This document shows positions 10,050 through 19,534 of a DNA stretch of 43,185 nucleotides, one piece after another (positions within the stretch are counted from its first letter, which is position 1; each line of letters begins with the position of its first letter). The position numbers and the translations under genes were made by a program. The stretch is from Candidatus Aegiribacteria sp. (GTDB lineage Bacteria; Fermentibacterota; Fermentibacteria; Fermentibacterales; JCC-6): NCBI GenBank assembly GCA_046498225.1, contig JAWOBF010000115.1, positions 1-43,185 on the forward strand. Reading direction: 5' to 3'. Under the pieces are notes generated by a model. It did not search any database. It saw nothing but the letters and a program-made list of their open reading frames with translations, and was not told the DNA's origin.

Positions 10050-10460
10050 ATGGCAAAGAAACTCGAGCTCAACCCCGGCGAGAGCATCCTGCTGGACGAG
10101 AAGAGATACGGCCTGCAGGGAAAGAAGGTCAAGTTCCCTGTCCGGTCCAGGTGCGTCATAACCAACCAGAGGTTCATCAGTTACCACCTGGGCAGGATGG
10201 CCCCCCTCTACATGCAGCTGGGTTTTCTTCTGAGGCCGCTGGTAAAGGGAAAGCCGGTGAGCCTTCCCCTGGACGGCCTGACGGTCAGAAGGGGCAAGTA
10301 TTTCAAGAATACAAAGATACTGGAGATTAAGGCGCAGGATGGTACCACCGTACTGCTGGACAAGTTCGAGAAGTCCCTGGAATGGCTCAGGGATAATCTC
10401 ATGAGCCACGGGATAGGCATGAAGCAGACCGGTGAGGAGGAGTGGCGGATAACCATCTGA
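10050..10460 (+). CDS. Small basic hypothetical protein, possibly a bacterial PH-like fold
   Basis: Good SD (AAGGAG). LNPGESILL...CVITNQRFI resembles PH-like/GRAM starts (inference). Confidence 0.65.
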   Translation: MAKKLELNPGESILLDEKRYGLQGKKVKFPVRSRCVITNQRFISYHLGRMAPLYMQLGFLLRPLVKGKPVSLPLDGLTVRRGKYFKNTKILEIKAQDGTTVLLDKFEKSLEWLRDNLMSHGIGMKQTGEEEWRITI

Positions 10461-10548
10461 CTGCCGGAGTTCCGGACCGTGACGACAGCGACCGGTTGAA
10501 GTAGGTTTTCCCTTCACTGCCGCGGAATCGGGCCATTGGAGGTCACCT

Positions 10549-11325
10549 ATGATTAGCAATCCGGTCACGGACACCATAATGGCCAGGCGCTCCATCAGGA
10601 AGTACCGGGAGGAGCAGCCTTCGGATGAAGTCCTGGAAACTGTGGTGGCCGCCGGTCAGCAGGCTCCCTTCGCCATGCAGATGGGGAGTCTCCTGCTATC
10701 CAGGGACATTGAGAAGAACGTATTCAGGGCGCCTCTGCTGTTCATCATCTGCGCCGATGTCCACCGGATGGAGAGGGTGATGGAGAGAAGGGGCTGGAAA
10801 AGAAAAGCCTCCGACCTCTACACCCTTCTGTTCGCCTTGCAGGACGCCGCCTACATGGCGGAGAACATGGTCATAGCCGCGGAAAGCCTGGAGCTGGGAA
10901 GCTGCTACATAGGCGCCGCGCCCATGATGGCGGGGAAGATAGGGGAGGATTACGCTCTTCCACAGGGAGTTTTTCCCCTGGTCATGCTGGCCATGGGATA
11001 TCCCGCGGAGGACCCGCCCGTCAGGCCCCGCTATCCGATGGATTTCCACCTGTTCGAGGGGGAGTACCCCGTCCTGGATGATGAGGCGGTTGACCGCTCC
11101 ATCAGGGTCATGGATTCAGGATACCTGGAACAGGATTACTACAAAAAGGCCAACTACATGATCCCTCTTCCCGAAGGCATGGACGAGAATTTCGACTTTG
11201 ACAGCTATTCCTGGTCCGAGCACATCTCCAGGAAGCTGGGCCTCTGGGGCGTCGACACGGAGACCCTGCTGAGAAACCTGGAAACATGCGGATTCAGCAT
11301 CTGTCCCGAGAAGGATCGTGATTGA
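10549..11325 (+). CDS. Nitroreductase family flavoprotein (NfsA/NfrA-like)
   Basis: RRSIRKY, QDAAYMAENMVIAAESLELGSCYIG, LAMGYP...RPR. GGAGG SD. Confidence 0.88.
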   Translation: MISNPVTDTIMARRSIRKYREEQPSDEVLETVVAAGQQAPFAMQMGSLLLSRDIEKNVFRAPLLFIICADVHRMERVMERRGWKRKASDLYTLLFALQDAAYMAENMVIAAESLELGSCYIGAAPMMAGKIGEDYALPQGVFPLVMLAMGYPAEDPPVRPRYPMDFHLFEGEYPVLDDEAVDRSIRVMDSGYLEQDYYKKANYMIPLPEGMDENFDFDSYSWSEHISRKLGLWGVDTETLLRNLETCGFSICPEKDRD

Positions 11326-11406
11326 GTCCGGGAACCCCGGCGGCCAAACGGAAGATATACAGACGCGCCCTGCAGATACATTAATACAATTGAGAGGTTA
11401 AGCATT

Positions 11407-13065
11407 ATGAAGATCATTATCATCCCCCTCCTGTTCCTGACAGCAATGACGTCACTCGCCGTTCCGCCGCCCCCCTGGTTCATGGAACAGGCTGACGGAG
11501 GAGCGGCGGCTCTCGCTTCCTACATGGATGCCTACGCCGACGCCAGGAGCAGGGGAGTGGACGCTCCCAATCCCATTTACGGTCCCGGCAATCCCCCCTT
11601 CGGGCCCCGGGGCGCCATGGGCGGGTCGGACGCCGGGATGAACGTGCTGGTGCTGCTGGTGGACTTCTCCGACAATGTCGCCCAGACACCTTCCGTCTAC
11701 TTCGATTCACTGGCCTTCGCGGCCGACACCTTCTCACTGAAGAACTATTACGGCCAGGTCTCGTTCGGCCAGATAGACATCGTCACCGTGGACTACCCGT
11801 CGGCCACCGGATGGCAGAGGGCCCCCGAGACATACGACTATTACGTGGGCGGAAACTACGGTTGGGGCAGCTACCCAGCCAACACCCAGGGAATGGTGGA
11901 GGACATCTGTCAGCTGGTGGACCCCGTGGTCGACTTCTCCCAGTACGACAACGATTTTGACGGGTATGTGGACGGGGTCAACGTGATCTACGCCGGTCCC
12001 TTCGACGGCACTCCCCAGACCATCTGGCCCCACGCCTGGAGCCTGCCGGGAGGAGGGGTGGAATTCGACGGGGTAACGGTATACTCCTTCAGCGTGCAGG
12101 ACGAGTACAATAACAACCCCGGCGACAAATCCGCCAATACCCTGTGTCACGAGTTCGGACATGTCATGGGTCTGCCCGACCTCTACGACTACGACTACGA
12201 CTCATTCGGCATAGGCGACTGGGGAATGATGTCCTTCGGCCTGTACAACGGCGACGGATGGAGCCCGGCGCACTTCTGCGCCTGGAGCCGCATCGCCCTG
12301 GGCATAGCCGAGCCGGTGAACGTTACCTCGCCGGGCTGGTACGATGTGCCTTCGGTGGAGGAATCGGGGACCATCTACAGGCTGTGGACCGGCGGCGCGG
12401 CCGGGAACCAGTATTTTCTGGTGGAGAACCGCAGACCCTCAGGCTACGACGCCGCCCTGCCGGGACATGGCCTGCTCATCTGGCACATAGATGATTCGGT
12501 GAACAGCAACGACAACCAGTGGTACCCGGGATACACCTCCTACGGCCACTTCCGCGTGGCACTGGAGCAGGCCGACGGCCTGTGGCAGCTGGAACAGGCC
12601 CAGAACTACGGCGACCTGAACGATCCATTTCCGGGCTCTCCGTCCCAGAACGCCGATACCTTCAACTACTGGACCGTGCCCGACAGCAGGGACTACAGTT
12701 TCGAGGACACCTTCGTGGAGGTATCATCCATACCTGAGAGCGCCGATACGGTGAGCGTGTTCTTCAGCGTCTCCCAGACGGGGATAGATGAAGGAGAGGG
12801 AGAAACCGCCCCGGCCACTCTTTCCATGGGAAAGAATCCCGCGTATGGATCCGCTTCTTTCGCGCTCTCCCATGGCGGGGGTCCGGCGTCCGTGAGGGTG
12901 TTCGACCTGTCCGGAAGGGTGGTTTCCACCCTGGCGGAAAGCACGCTGCCCGCCGGGCAGCACACGTTCACCTGGACGCCCGGAGATGCTTCCCCGGGAG
13001 TCTACTTCGCCAGGTACGCGTCCGTGGGGACTTCGGCGGAAGTTCGTTTCGTCCTGGTCCGCTGA
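11407..13065 (+). CDS. Secreted M6-family (immune inhibitor A-like) zinc metalloprotease with a C-terminal T9SS/FlgD-like domain
   Basis: Signal peptide, VLLVDFSD, HEFGHVMGLPDLYD zinc motif, Met-turn WGMMSFG, YFLVENR, GLLIWHID. Tail KNP...VFDLSGRVV...PGVYF. Confidence 0.92.
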   Translation: MKIIIIPLLFLTAMTSLAVPPPPWFMEQADGGAAALASYMDAYADARSRGVDAPNPIYGPGNPPFGPRGAMGGSDAGMNVLVLLVDFSDNVAQTPSVYFDSLAFAADTFSLKNYYGQVSFGQIDIVTVDYPSATGWQRAPETYDYYVGGNYGWGSYPANTQGMVEDICQLVDPVVDFSQYDNDFDGYVDGVNVIYAGPFDGTPQTIWPHAWSLPGGGVEFDGVTVYSFSVQDEYNNNPGDKSANTLCHEFGHVMGLPDLYDYDYDSFGIGDWGMMSFGLYNGDGWSPAHFCAWSRIALGIAEPVNVTSPGWYDVPSVEESGTIYRLWTGGAAGNQYFLVENRRPSGYDAALPGHGLLIWHIDDSVNSNDNQWYPGYTSYGHFRVALEQADGLWQLEQAQNYGDLNDPFPGSPSQNADTFNYWTVPDSRDYSFEDTFVEVSSIPESADTVSVFFSVSQTGIDEGEGETAPATLSMGKNPAYGSASFALSHGGGPASVRVFDLSGRVVSTLAESTLPAGQHTFTWTPGDASPGVYFARYASVGTSAEVRFVLVR

Positions 13066-13171
13066 CCTGTTCTCCGGATCTGGGGAAGATTGATGGAAGA
13101 CCCTTTCTGAAGTATCGTAAATACCAACGATTCTGTTTCTTCAAAGAGGATCGTATTCCTGGAGGTGAATC

Positions 13172-14176
13172 TTGCTCAAGGTCTGCTTGTCAGTCGTTCT
13201 TCTCTGCTCGATCGCCTCGGCGGAGGGGGACTTCGTCGAGGATACGCCCCTGTGGGAAAGGATAGATGAACTCAACGCCGGGCTTGAAGGGGACGGTCAA
13301 CTATCTTCGGAAGAGCTGGAAGGACTGTTCAGGTCGGCGGTGGATATCGCCTTTTACAGTGAACTGGCGCAGCAGATGGAGGACCTTCGGACCGACGCTT
13401 TCATCACAGGCGATTTCAGCGTTCTGGATGAGTACGCCGAGAGAGCGGAACCTGCCGTCAAAGTGCTTTCCATGGGAGAATCGAATTCCATCGGGGTCGA
13501 CGTCTTCACCTTTCTTATGAAGAGCCGGCCGGGGACGGGGCCCTGCGAATTCTTCGACCTGGCGTCGGACGGTTTCTACGTGGATGGCGAGCGCCGTATC
13601 AGCGGCACGGCCGAACCACCCGAATGGATGGAGAGGAGCGGCTCCAGCCACCAGGCCGTCATCGACAACGAAGCCGCGCGGCAGTACCTGGGAATATGGA
13701 AGTTACTGCTGCCGGAATTTCACGGCTATTTCAGGACCATAGCCTTCCATACCATTGCCGGTCTGAACGATGACGCCCTGTGTCTATCGGGTGAGGAGCT
13801 GCAGGCTTACCGGAGGGTGTACCAAAACCCCTTCGTTCAGCATGTCCGAAGTGCCCTGGACAGTTTCATTGAGGGCGAAGCGCGGGGAATATTCGAAGGG
13901 GAGGAACTGATAGAGAACCTGGAATCCTGGCGGGAATACCTTCCGCATCGATTCGTCGTACTCTCTCTGGAACCCTCTCCCGCCGGCGGATATCTCATCA
14001 CGCTGCTCTCCCGGGAGAAGCCTGACAGGATCTTTTCCGCCTGGGTCTACAACCTTGCCGGCGGGGTCTATCAGCTGAGGGGCTTCAGTGAGAACACGGA
14101 CATCCCCCGGGAGGAGATCCCGGAGATGATCCTGAGGTACAGCGCTTTTCTGGCGGATACGGTGCACTGCATCTGA
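13172..14176 (+). CDS. Secreted hypothetical protein (acidic, probably two domains)
   Basis: GGAGG SD before TTG, signal peptide ending ASA, 334-aa ORF in the same orientation as its neighbours. Confidence 0.7.
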   Translation: MLKVCLSVVLLCSIASAEGDFVEDTPLWERIDELNAGLEGDGQLSSEELEGLFRSAVDIAFYSELAQQMEDLRTDAFITGDFSVLDEYAERAEPAVKVLSMGESNSIGVDVFTFLMKSRPGTGPCEFFDLASDGFYVDGERRISGTAEPPEWMERSGSSHQAVIDNEAARQYLGIWKLLLPEFHGYFRTIAFHTIAGLNDDALCLSGEELQAYRRVYQNPFVQHVRSALDSFIEGEARGIFEGEELIENLESWREYLPHRFVVLSLEPSPAGGYLITLLSREKPDRIFSAWVYNLAGGVYQLRGFSENTDIPREEIPEMILRYSAFLADTVHCI

Positions 14177-14188
14177 GCCGGTCCGGGC

Positions 14189-14656
14189 CTAATCGTTCCG
14201 CTGCGCGGCCTCCAGCTCCTCCTCGGTGGGTTCTCTCACGTTTTCCACCTTCACGTCAAAGGTCAGTGTCTCGCCGGCCAGCGGGTGGTTCCTGTCCACC
14301 GTCACTTCATCGGCGTCCACCGATTTTACCGTTATGATCTGCACGTTCCCGCGTTCATCCCGGGCCTGGAACTGCATACCCGGCCTGATCTCGTCAACAC
14401 CGCTGAATGCTTCTTTCCGGAGGACCGAGACAAGTTCCGGGTTCTCCTCTCCGTAACCTTCCTCGGGTCCTATCTCGACCGAGAATTCATCGTTCTCCTC
14501 TTTGCCCGCCAGCGCCTTCTCGAGACCGGGGATTATGGAGTTCACTCCATGCATGTACGTGAGGGGCTCGCCCTCCTTTGAAGCGCTGAGAACATCTCCC
14601 TCCTCATTCTTCAGCGTGTAGCTGATGGATACGACTTTTCTGTCTTCTATGGTCAT
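14189..14656 (-). CDS. slyD: FKBP-type peptidyl-prolyl isomerase SlyD (no His/Cys-rich tail)
   Basis: VVSISYTL, IIPGLEKAL, PEEGYG, VDRNHPLAGETLTFDVKV, VREPTEEEL. Confidence 0.92.
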   Translation of the reverse strand: MTIEDRKVVSISYTLKNEEGDVLSASKEGEPLTYMHGVNSIIPGLEKALAGKEENDEFSVEIGPEEGYGEENPELVSVLRKEAFSGVDEIRPGMQFQARDERGNVQIITVKSVDADEVTVDRNHPLAGETLTFDVKVENVREPTEEELEAAQRND

Positions 14657-14807
14657 TGCGGCTCCGATCCCTCTATCTGGGGTGAATCCTCATATGACGA
14701 GGATGCATACCGATGGTTTGAGGATGAAAGGTCATCCCTCCACTGTTTAATTAATCGTCGAGAAATTGTAAAGGGTCGCATTCCCGGAGAGAACGATTTA
14801 GGGCGGT

Positions 14808-14834
14808 GCCCCGGGGTAGCCTGTACCCCGGGGC
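14808..14834 (-). terminator. GC-rich hairpin downstream of the S8 peptidase
   Basis: GCCCCGGGGTA-gcctg-TACCCCGGGGC, a perfect 11-bp stem about 30 nt after the stop. No clear U-tract. Confidence 0.55.
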
Positions 14835-14862
14835 GTCAGACGTGGAATTGTGCCGGCAGAAC

Positions 14863-16587
14863 CTATCTGACCAGCGCCATTCTGCTTACCGCCGCCCCAG
14901 CCGGGGTCGAAGCGCGCAGGAAGTAGATACCGCTGCCCAGGTCTTCCGGGAAGTTCCACAGGTAGCTGTGGCTGCCTGACTGCAGGTATCCCGAGTGTAC
15001 CTGTGCCACTACCCTTCCCGCCATGTCATGCACGTTCAGGGTCACCTCGCCCTCCACCGGAAGGAACAGGGAGAAAGCCGCTGAAGTCCTTACCGGGTTG
15101 GGATGAATACCGGAGATGAGCGGCATGGAAGGCTGGACAGTCGATCCGGTGTTGTCACCGACCCCGACCTCCATGGCGGCCAGGGCGGCCTGATAGGCAT
15201 CCACCCGGCCCGCGCCGAAAGTGTTGTCCTTGCCCGCGGTTCCAAGGTCCAGGGAGGTTATCTCGATAAGCGAGTCCAGCTGGGCTACGGTCAGGTTCGG
15301 GTTGACGCTGAGAAGAAGGGCGGCTACACCGGCTACATGCGGCGTGGCCATGGAGGTACCGCTCATGGTGGTGTATCCCCCGCCCAGCTGAGTGCTGAGC
15401 ACGTCCACTCCCGGAGCGCTGATGTCCGGCTTGATAAGGGGCTGGGAATCTCCGTAGTCATTCCAGGGAGCGACACTCCCCCACCAGGTGACGGGACCTC
15501 TGCTGGAGAAACCGGCTATCTGGTCGCCGCTGTCGGTGGCACCAGCTGTCACCACGGCGCTCTGTCCGAGCTGATAGGCCTGGTCCGGATGGAACCAGGG
15601 GGGCGGACAGTCTCCGCTGGCCAGGATAGTGCCGGAACCGGAACCGTTGTTGCCGGCGGCCACGCTGTGGTAGATACCGGCAAGCAGAACGTTCTCCTCC
15701 GCCTCCCTGAGAGTGGCGTTACCCACCGGGGAGGTTCCCATGGACATGGAGAGCACGGATGCTCCGTGTTCCGCGGCGAACTCCATCGCCTCTATCCAGG
15801 TGGGATAGCCTCCGGTGTAGTAGTATATCCGCAGGGCCATTATGGTGGCCGAGGGGGCGACGCCGGTCTCGGTCCCTGATGTGCCGTCGCCGGCTATGGT
15901 TCCCGCGCAGTGTGTTCCGTGGCCGTAGTCGTCCATGGGATCGAGGGGGTCGCCGGAACCGTAGAAGTTGTACCCGTAGTGATATCCCGCCGGTGTATCG
16001 TGCCACATGTTGCTGCTCAGGTCGGAATGGTAGTAGTCGACGCCGGTGTCTATCACTCCGACGATAACGTCCTGGCCCTCGTAGCCCAGCGCCCATACGT
16101 CATCCGCGTTTATCTTGTCAACACCCCATGCGAGACCTCTTTCGATCTCCTCACTGAGGGGCTCGCGTCTCTCCACCGGTTCTATCAGGGATGCTTCCGG
16201 AGCGCCGTGGTCTATGTACCGCACGTCATCCCTCGCCGAGAGCTCCCTGATGGTTTCGGCCGTGGTTTCGCAGTAGATGCCGTTCACCAGCCAGAATGGA
16301 ACGATCCTGTCCACCGGATTGTCCTGAAGGTATACCATGACCCCCTGTCTGGCCAGCCCGGCCCGGTCCTTCAGGGTCTGCACCACGAACTGCTGCCGTT
16401 CTGCCCTGTCCATTTCCGAAGTGGCGGCCTGGATCCAGTCATGGTCCAGCGAACCCTCCAGCAGAACTACAACAGGGACCATTTCCCCCGGTCCCGCCTG
16501 CCCCATTGCGGACAGGACTTCCGGATGAATACCCGCCGAGAGAGCCACTGTGGCCATTCCGGCGACGATGAGAAGAAGTAACCTCAT
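14863..16587 (-). CDS. Secreted S8 subtilisin-like serine peptidase with propeptide and C-terminal T9SS/FlgD-like domain
   Basis: Catalytic triad VIDTG, HGTHCAG, GTSMATPHVAG; AAGN; FSSRGP. Tail HPNP...VHDMAGRVV...SGIYFLR. Confidence 0.95.
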   Translation of the reverse strand: MRLLLLIVAGMATVALSAGIHPEVLSAMGQAGPGEMVPVVVLLEGSLDHDWIQAATSEMDRAERQQFVVQTLKDRAGLARQGVMVYLQDNPVDRIVPFWLVNGIYCETTAETIRELSARDDVRYIDHGAPEASLIEPVERREPLSEEIERGLAWGVDKINADDVWALGYEGQDVIVGVIDTGVDYYHSDLSSNMWHDTPAGYHYGYNFYGSGDPLDPMDDYGHGTHCAGTIAGDGTSGTETGVAPSATIMALRIYYYTGGYPTWIEAMEFAAEHGASVLSMSMGTSPVGNATLREAEENVLLAGIYHSVAAGNNGSGSGTILASGDCPPPWFHPDQAYQLGQSAVVTAGATDSGDQIAGFSSRGPVTWWGSVAPWNDYGDSQPLIKPDISAPGVDVLSTQLGGGYTTMSGTSMATPHVAGVAALLLSVNPNLTVAQLDSLIEITSLDLGTAGKDNTFGAGRVDAYQAALAAMEVGVGDNTGSTVQPSMPLISGIHPNPVRTSAAFSLFLPVEGEVTLNVHDMAGRVVAQVHSGYLQSGSHSYLWNFPEDLGSGIYFLRASTPAGAAVSRMALVR

Positions 16588-16663
16588 GATTTCCTTTCAT
16601 GTTGTCAGCCGCTGAGCAGCGGCTGCCGCTGAGTAGTGCTGTAATACACTTTACCTTGGTAGG

Positions 16664-16753
16664 AAAATACAGGCCGGATGCACCGCCGGTCAATGCCGGC
16701 TGCCGGAGGACGGGTCGAAAAGGTGTTGACATCATGACATATGGCCATATTCT
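16664..16753. promoter_or_regulatory. Divergent sigma70-like promoters (S8 peptidase / PAP2)
   Basis: Minus: TTGACC(16693-88)-N18-TATTTT. Plus: TTGACA(16726-31)-N16-TATTCT(16748-53). Confidence 0.45.
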
Positions 16754-16810
16754 TTGTTACATGTTCCCGCGGGTACCGAATGGCGCTTACCGGAAAGGTT
16801 CACTTTCGTG

Positions 16811-17263
16811 ATGGAGCTTCTCTCAAATCAGATATTTCTTACCGCCGTTGCGGCGGACGCGGTCGCCCAGGTACTGAAAGTACTCCTCGTCTACGTATCG
16901 GAGCGGGAATGGAACCTGGAAAGGATGTTCGGTTCGGGTGGCATGCCCTCTTCACATTCTTCCCTGGTCTCGGCCCTGGCGGCGGGCGTGGCAATCACCC
17001 AGGGGATGGGCACACCGATATTCGCGGTGGCGGCCGTTTTCGCCATGGTAATAATGTACGATGCCTGCGGAGTCCGCAGAGCGGCCGGCAGGCACGCCCA
17101 TCTTCTGAACGAGCTGGTTCTCGAACTGCGGGACGTGCTGGACCAGGGCTTCAAGCCGGAAGTGCTCAAGACGTTTCTCGGACATACCTGCATGCAGGTG
17201 TTTTTCGGATTCCTGCTGGGAGTTTCGGTGGCTCTGTTCTCATTCTACGTCTGGCCCGCATAG
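16811..17263 (+). CDS. Divergent PAP2 family membrane protein (DUF212/YuiD-like)
   Basis: AQVLK, GSGGMPSSHS, MYDACGVRRAAG.HA..LN, LGHT. Start set to ATG 16811 (ORF track 16754). Confidence 0.9.
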   Translation: MELLSNQIFLTAVAADAVAQVLKVLLVYVSEREWNLERMFGSGGMPSSHSSLVSALAAGVAITQGMGTPIFAVAAVFAMVIMYDACGVRRAAGRHAHLLNELVLELRDVLDQGFKPEVLKTFLGHTCMQVFFGFLLGVSVALFSFYVWPA

Positions 17264-17281
17264 CATACGGACGCCGGGAAT

Positions 17282-18199
17282 TCAGCCTTCTTCAGCAGCC
17301 GCCTCAGGGACCCCCCGTATTCGGACGGCCCCCGGTTCGACTTCAATTTCCACAGGCGTGCTGCCTATGGTTTCCCCGTCCATCTGCAGGCTCATGGGAG
17401 GTTCCGCTTCAATTCTGATATTCCCCGCTTTCAGGCTCTCCAGCCGCTGAAGCCTGTATCGCTTCCCCACCAGGCTTCCCAGGATTACCTTCAGAAGCTC
17501 TGAAAAACTGCCTCTTCGATTGACCAGGACGTTCATTCTGCCGTCGGAGGGATCGATGCTTCCCGGCAGAGCGTCCGTTCCCGGAATCGTGGAAGCGAGA
17601 TTGAGGACCACAACCGCGTTGCTCCTGCAGGTCAGTTCCTTCCCGTCCATCAGAAGCCGGACACGGTGCCATTTTCTGCGAAGGATCTCCGGTATGGCGG
17701 AGAACACGTACGCCAGCCATCCGAATATCCTCTTGGAGGAAGGCGAAGTATCTTTAACGATGTCCGCGTGCAGACCGGAGGAAACGCTCATTATGAAGTA
17801 CCTGTCCCGCTCTCTGAGAAAACCGGCGTCAAAGCTGACGGTCTCCTGCCTGAAAACCCAGGGGATGACATCCTCAAGGGAGTCCGGGTAACCCAGTTCA
17901 GCGGCGATGGCGTTGGCCGAGCCCGTGGGAAATATCGCTACGGGGAGGGGAAAATCGTTCCACAGCAGGGCGTCCACCACCGCGGTGACAGTTCCATCAC
18001 CCCCGGCGGCCATCACCAGCCCGTACGTGTCCCCGCTGATATCCCGAAACCAATCCCTGGGGTCGCTCCCCTTCTGCCATTCCCTGAGTTCGTAGTCCTT
18101 CTCATCCAGCCCCTCGACAAGCACTTTCCGGTTACGGTCTCCGGTGTCGGGGCCGGCTGCCGGGTTCCATATCACCAGTATCCGATCCGATGGTGGCAT
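17282..18199 (-). CDS. Diacylglycerol/lipid kinase family protein (YegS/DgkB-like)
   Basis: IWNPAAG, AAGGDGT, PTGSANAIA, QMDGE. GGAGG SD. Confidence 0.9.
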   Translation of the reverse strand: MPPSDRILVIWNPAAGPDTGDRNRKVLVEGLDEKDYELREWQKGSDPRDWFRDISGDTYGLVMAAGGDGTVTAVVDALLWNDFPLPVAIFPTGSANAIAAELGYPDSLEDVIPWVFRQETVSFDAGFLRERDRYFIMSVSSGLHADIVKDTSPSSKRIFGWLAYVFSAIPEILRRKWHRVRLLMDGKELTCRSNAVVVLNLASTIPGTDALPGSIDPSDGRMNVLVNRRGSFSELLKVILGSLVGKRYRLQRLESLKAGNIRIEAEPPMSLQMDGETIGSTPVEIEVEPGAVRIRGVPEAAAEEG

Positions 18200-18286
18200 C
18201 CATCCTCCCTGCAGAAGAGCTTTCAGTTCATCGTATATGCTATCGGCACCGGGGAGCGGTCAAATTGCATATGTCCGCCGGTGAAC

Positions 18287-18315
18287 TTGCACCGGGACCG
18301 GGAAGTCCATAGTAT
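18287..18315 (+). promoter_or_regulatory. Sigma70-like promoter of the ABC operon
   Basis: TTGCAC-N17-TAGTAT. Confidence 0.5.
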
Positions 18316-18358
18316 TTTCGTTCCGTGAACTGCTCATGGTATTCCGAGGAAGGAGAAC

Positions 18359-19516
18359 ATGAAAAGAGCATTGAGGGCGGGACAGGCGGCTGCCCTGAGC
18401 ATCTGTCTTCTTCTGCAGGTGACGGGATGCGGGGTTGAAGGTGAGAACGGCGGGACCGCCGAGGCTGGACCTGCTGACAGCATGGTGACAGTGGTGGACG
18501 GAACGGGCCGTGAGGTCACCGTACCCTTAGACCCGGAATACGTCATATGCTCGGGGCCCGGGTGCCTTCGGCTGCTGGTATACCTGCAGGCGCAGGACCG
18601 GGCAGCGGCGGTGGACGACATGGAGGGCCGGAGACCGGAATTCGACGCCCGTCCGTACGCTCTTGCCAACCCCCGGTTCCGCGACATGCCGGTCTTCGGG
18701 GAGTTCAGGGGGCATGACAACCCGGAGCTGATAGTAGCGCTGGACCCTCAGCCGCAGGTCATCTTCAAGACCTATCCACTCATGGGCATGGACCCGCTTG
18801 AACTGGAGAGCAAGACCGGGATCCCGGTGGTGGTCCTCAACTACGGGAACCTCAGCTACGGCCGGGGAGACCTGTACAACTCTCTGCGGACCATGGGCTC
18901 TGTCATGAACAGGAGCGACAGGGCGGAGGAGGTGATAGATTTCCTGGAGGAGACCATAGCCGACCTGAGGGCCAGGACATCCGACATTCCACCGGGTGAA
19001 AGGCCCACCTGCTTCGTGGGCGGTATAGCCTACCGGGGTCCCCATGGTTTTCAGTCCACCGAACCCGGCTACCCTCCCTTCATGTTCGCGGGGGCCGAGA
19101 ACGTCGCTTTCCCCGATGACGGGAGCGGGGAGCCCATGGAGCACGCGGACGTGGCGAAGGAGCAGATAGTGGAATGGGACCCGGACGTGATATTCGTGGA
19201 TGCCTCCACCATGGAAACCGATCCCCGCGCAAGCGCCATCTACCAGCTTCAGACGGACCCGGCCTACGCTTCGCTGTCGGCGGTGCGCAGGGGCGAGATA
19301 TACTGCCTGCTTCCATACAACTGGTACACGAAGAATTTCGGCTCCATACTCGCCGACGCCTACTTCGTGGGAAAAGTGCTGTACCCGGACAGGTTCGAGG
19401 ACGTGGATCCCGCCGCCAGAGCGGATGAGATATATCTTTTCCTCGTGGGGGACCGGGTTTTTCAACAGCTCAGGGAATCCTTCGGGAACATGGTTTTCGA
19501 GAGGCTGATCCTCTGA
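18359..19516 (+). CDS. Iron-siderophore/cobalamin-type ABC transporter substrate-binding lipoprotein
   Basis: Lipobox VTGC, VVDGTGREVTVP, NPELIVALDPQ, EQIVEWDPDVIF, AVRRGEIY, LYPDRF (Peripla_BP_2 pattern). Confidence 0.88.
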   Translation: MKRALRAGQAAALSICLLLQVTGCGVEGENGGTAEAGPADSMVTVVDGTGREVTVPLDPEYVICSGPGCLRLLVYLQAQDRAAAVDDMEGRRPEFDARPYALANPRFRDMPVFGEFRGHDNPELIVALDPQPQVIFKTYPLMGMDPLELESKTGIPVVVLNYGNLSYGRGDLYNSLRTMGSVMNRSDRAEEVIDFLEETIADLRARTSDIPPGERPTCFVGGIAYRGPHGFQSTEPGYPPFMFAGAENVAFPDDGSGEPMEHADVAKEQIVEWDPDVIFVDASTMETDPRASAIYQLQTDPAYASLSAVRRGEIYCLLPYNWYTKNFGSILADAYFVGKVLYPDRFEDVDPAARADEIYLFLVGDRVFQQLRESFGNMVFERLIL

Positions 19517-19534
19517 CGGCGGGAAGCGGGACCA

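Noticed and set aside
18245..18310. Cobalamin-riboswitch-like words (GGGGAGCGGT, CCGGGAAG) upstream of the ABC operon
   Set aside because: The core elements are incomplete, and the words lie within or upstream of the predicted promoter, so they would not be in the transcript.
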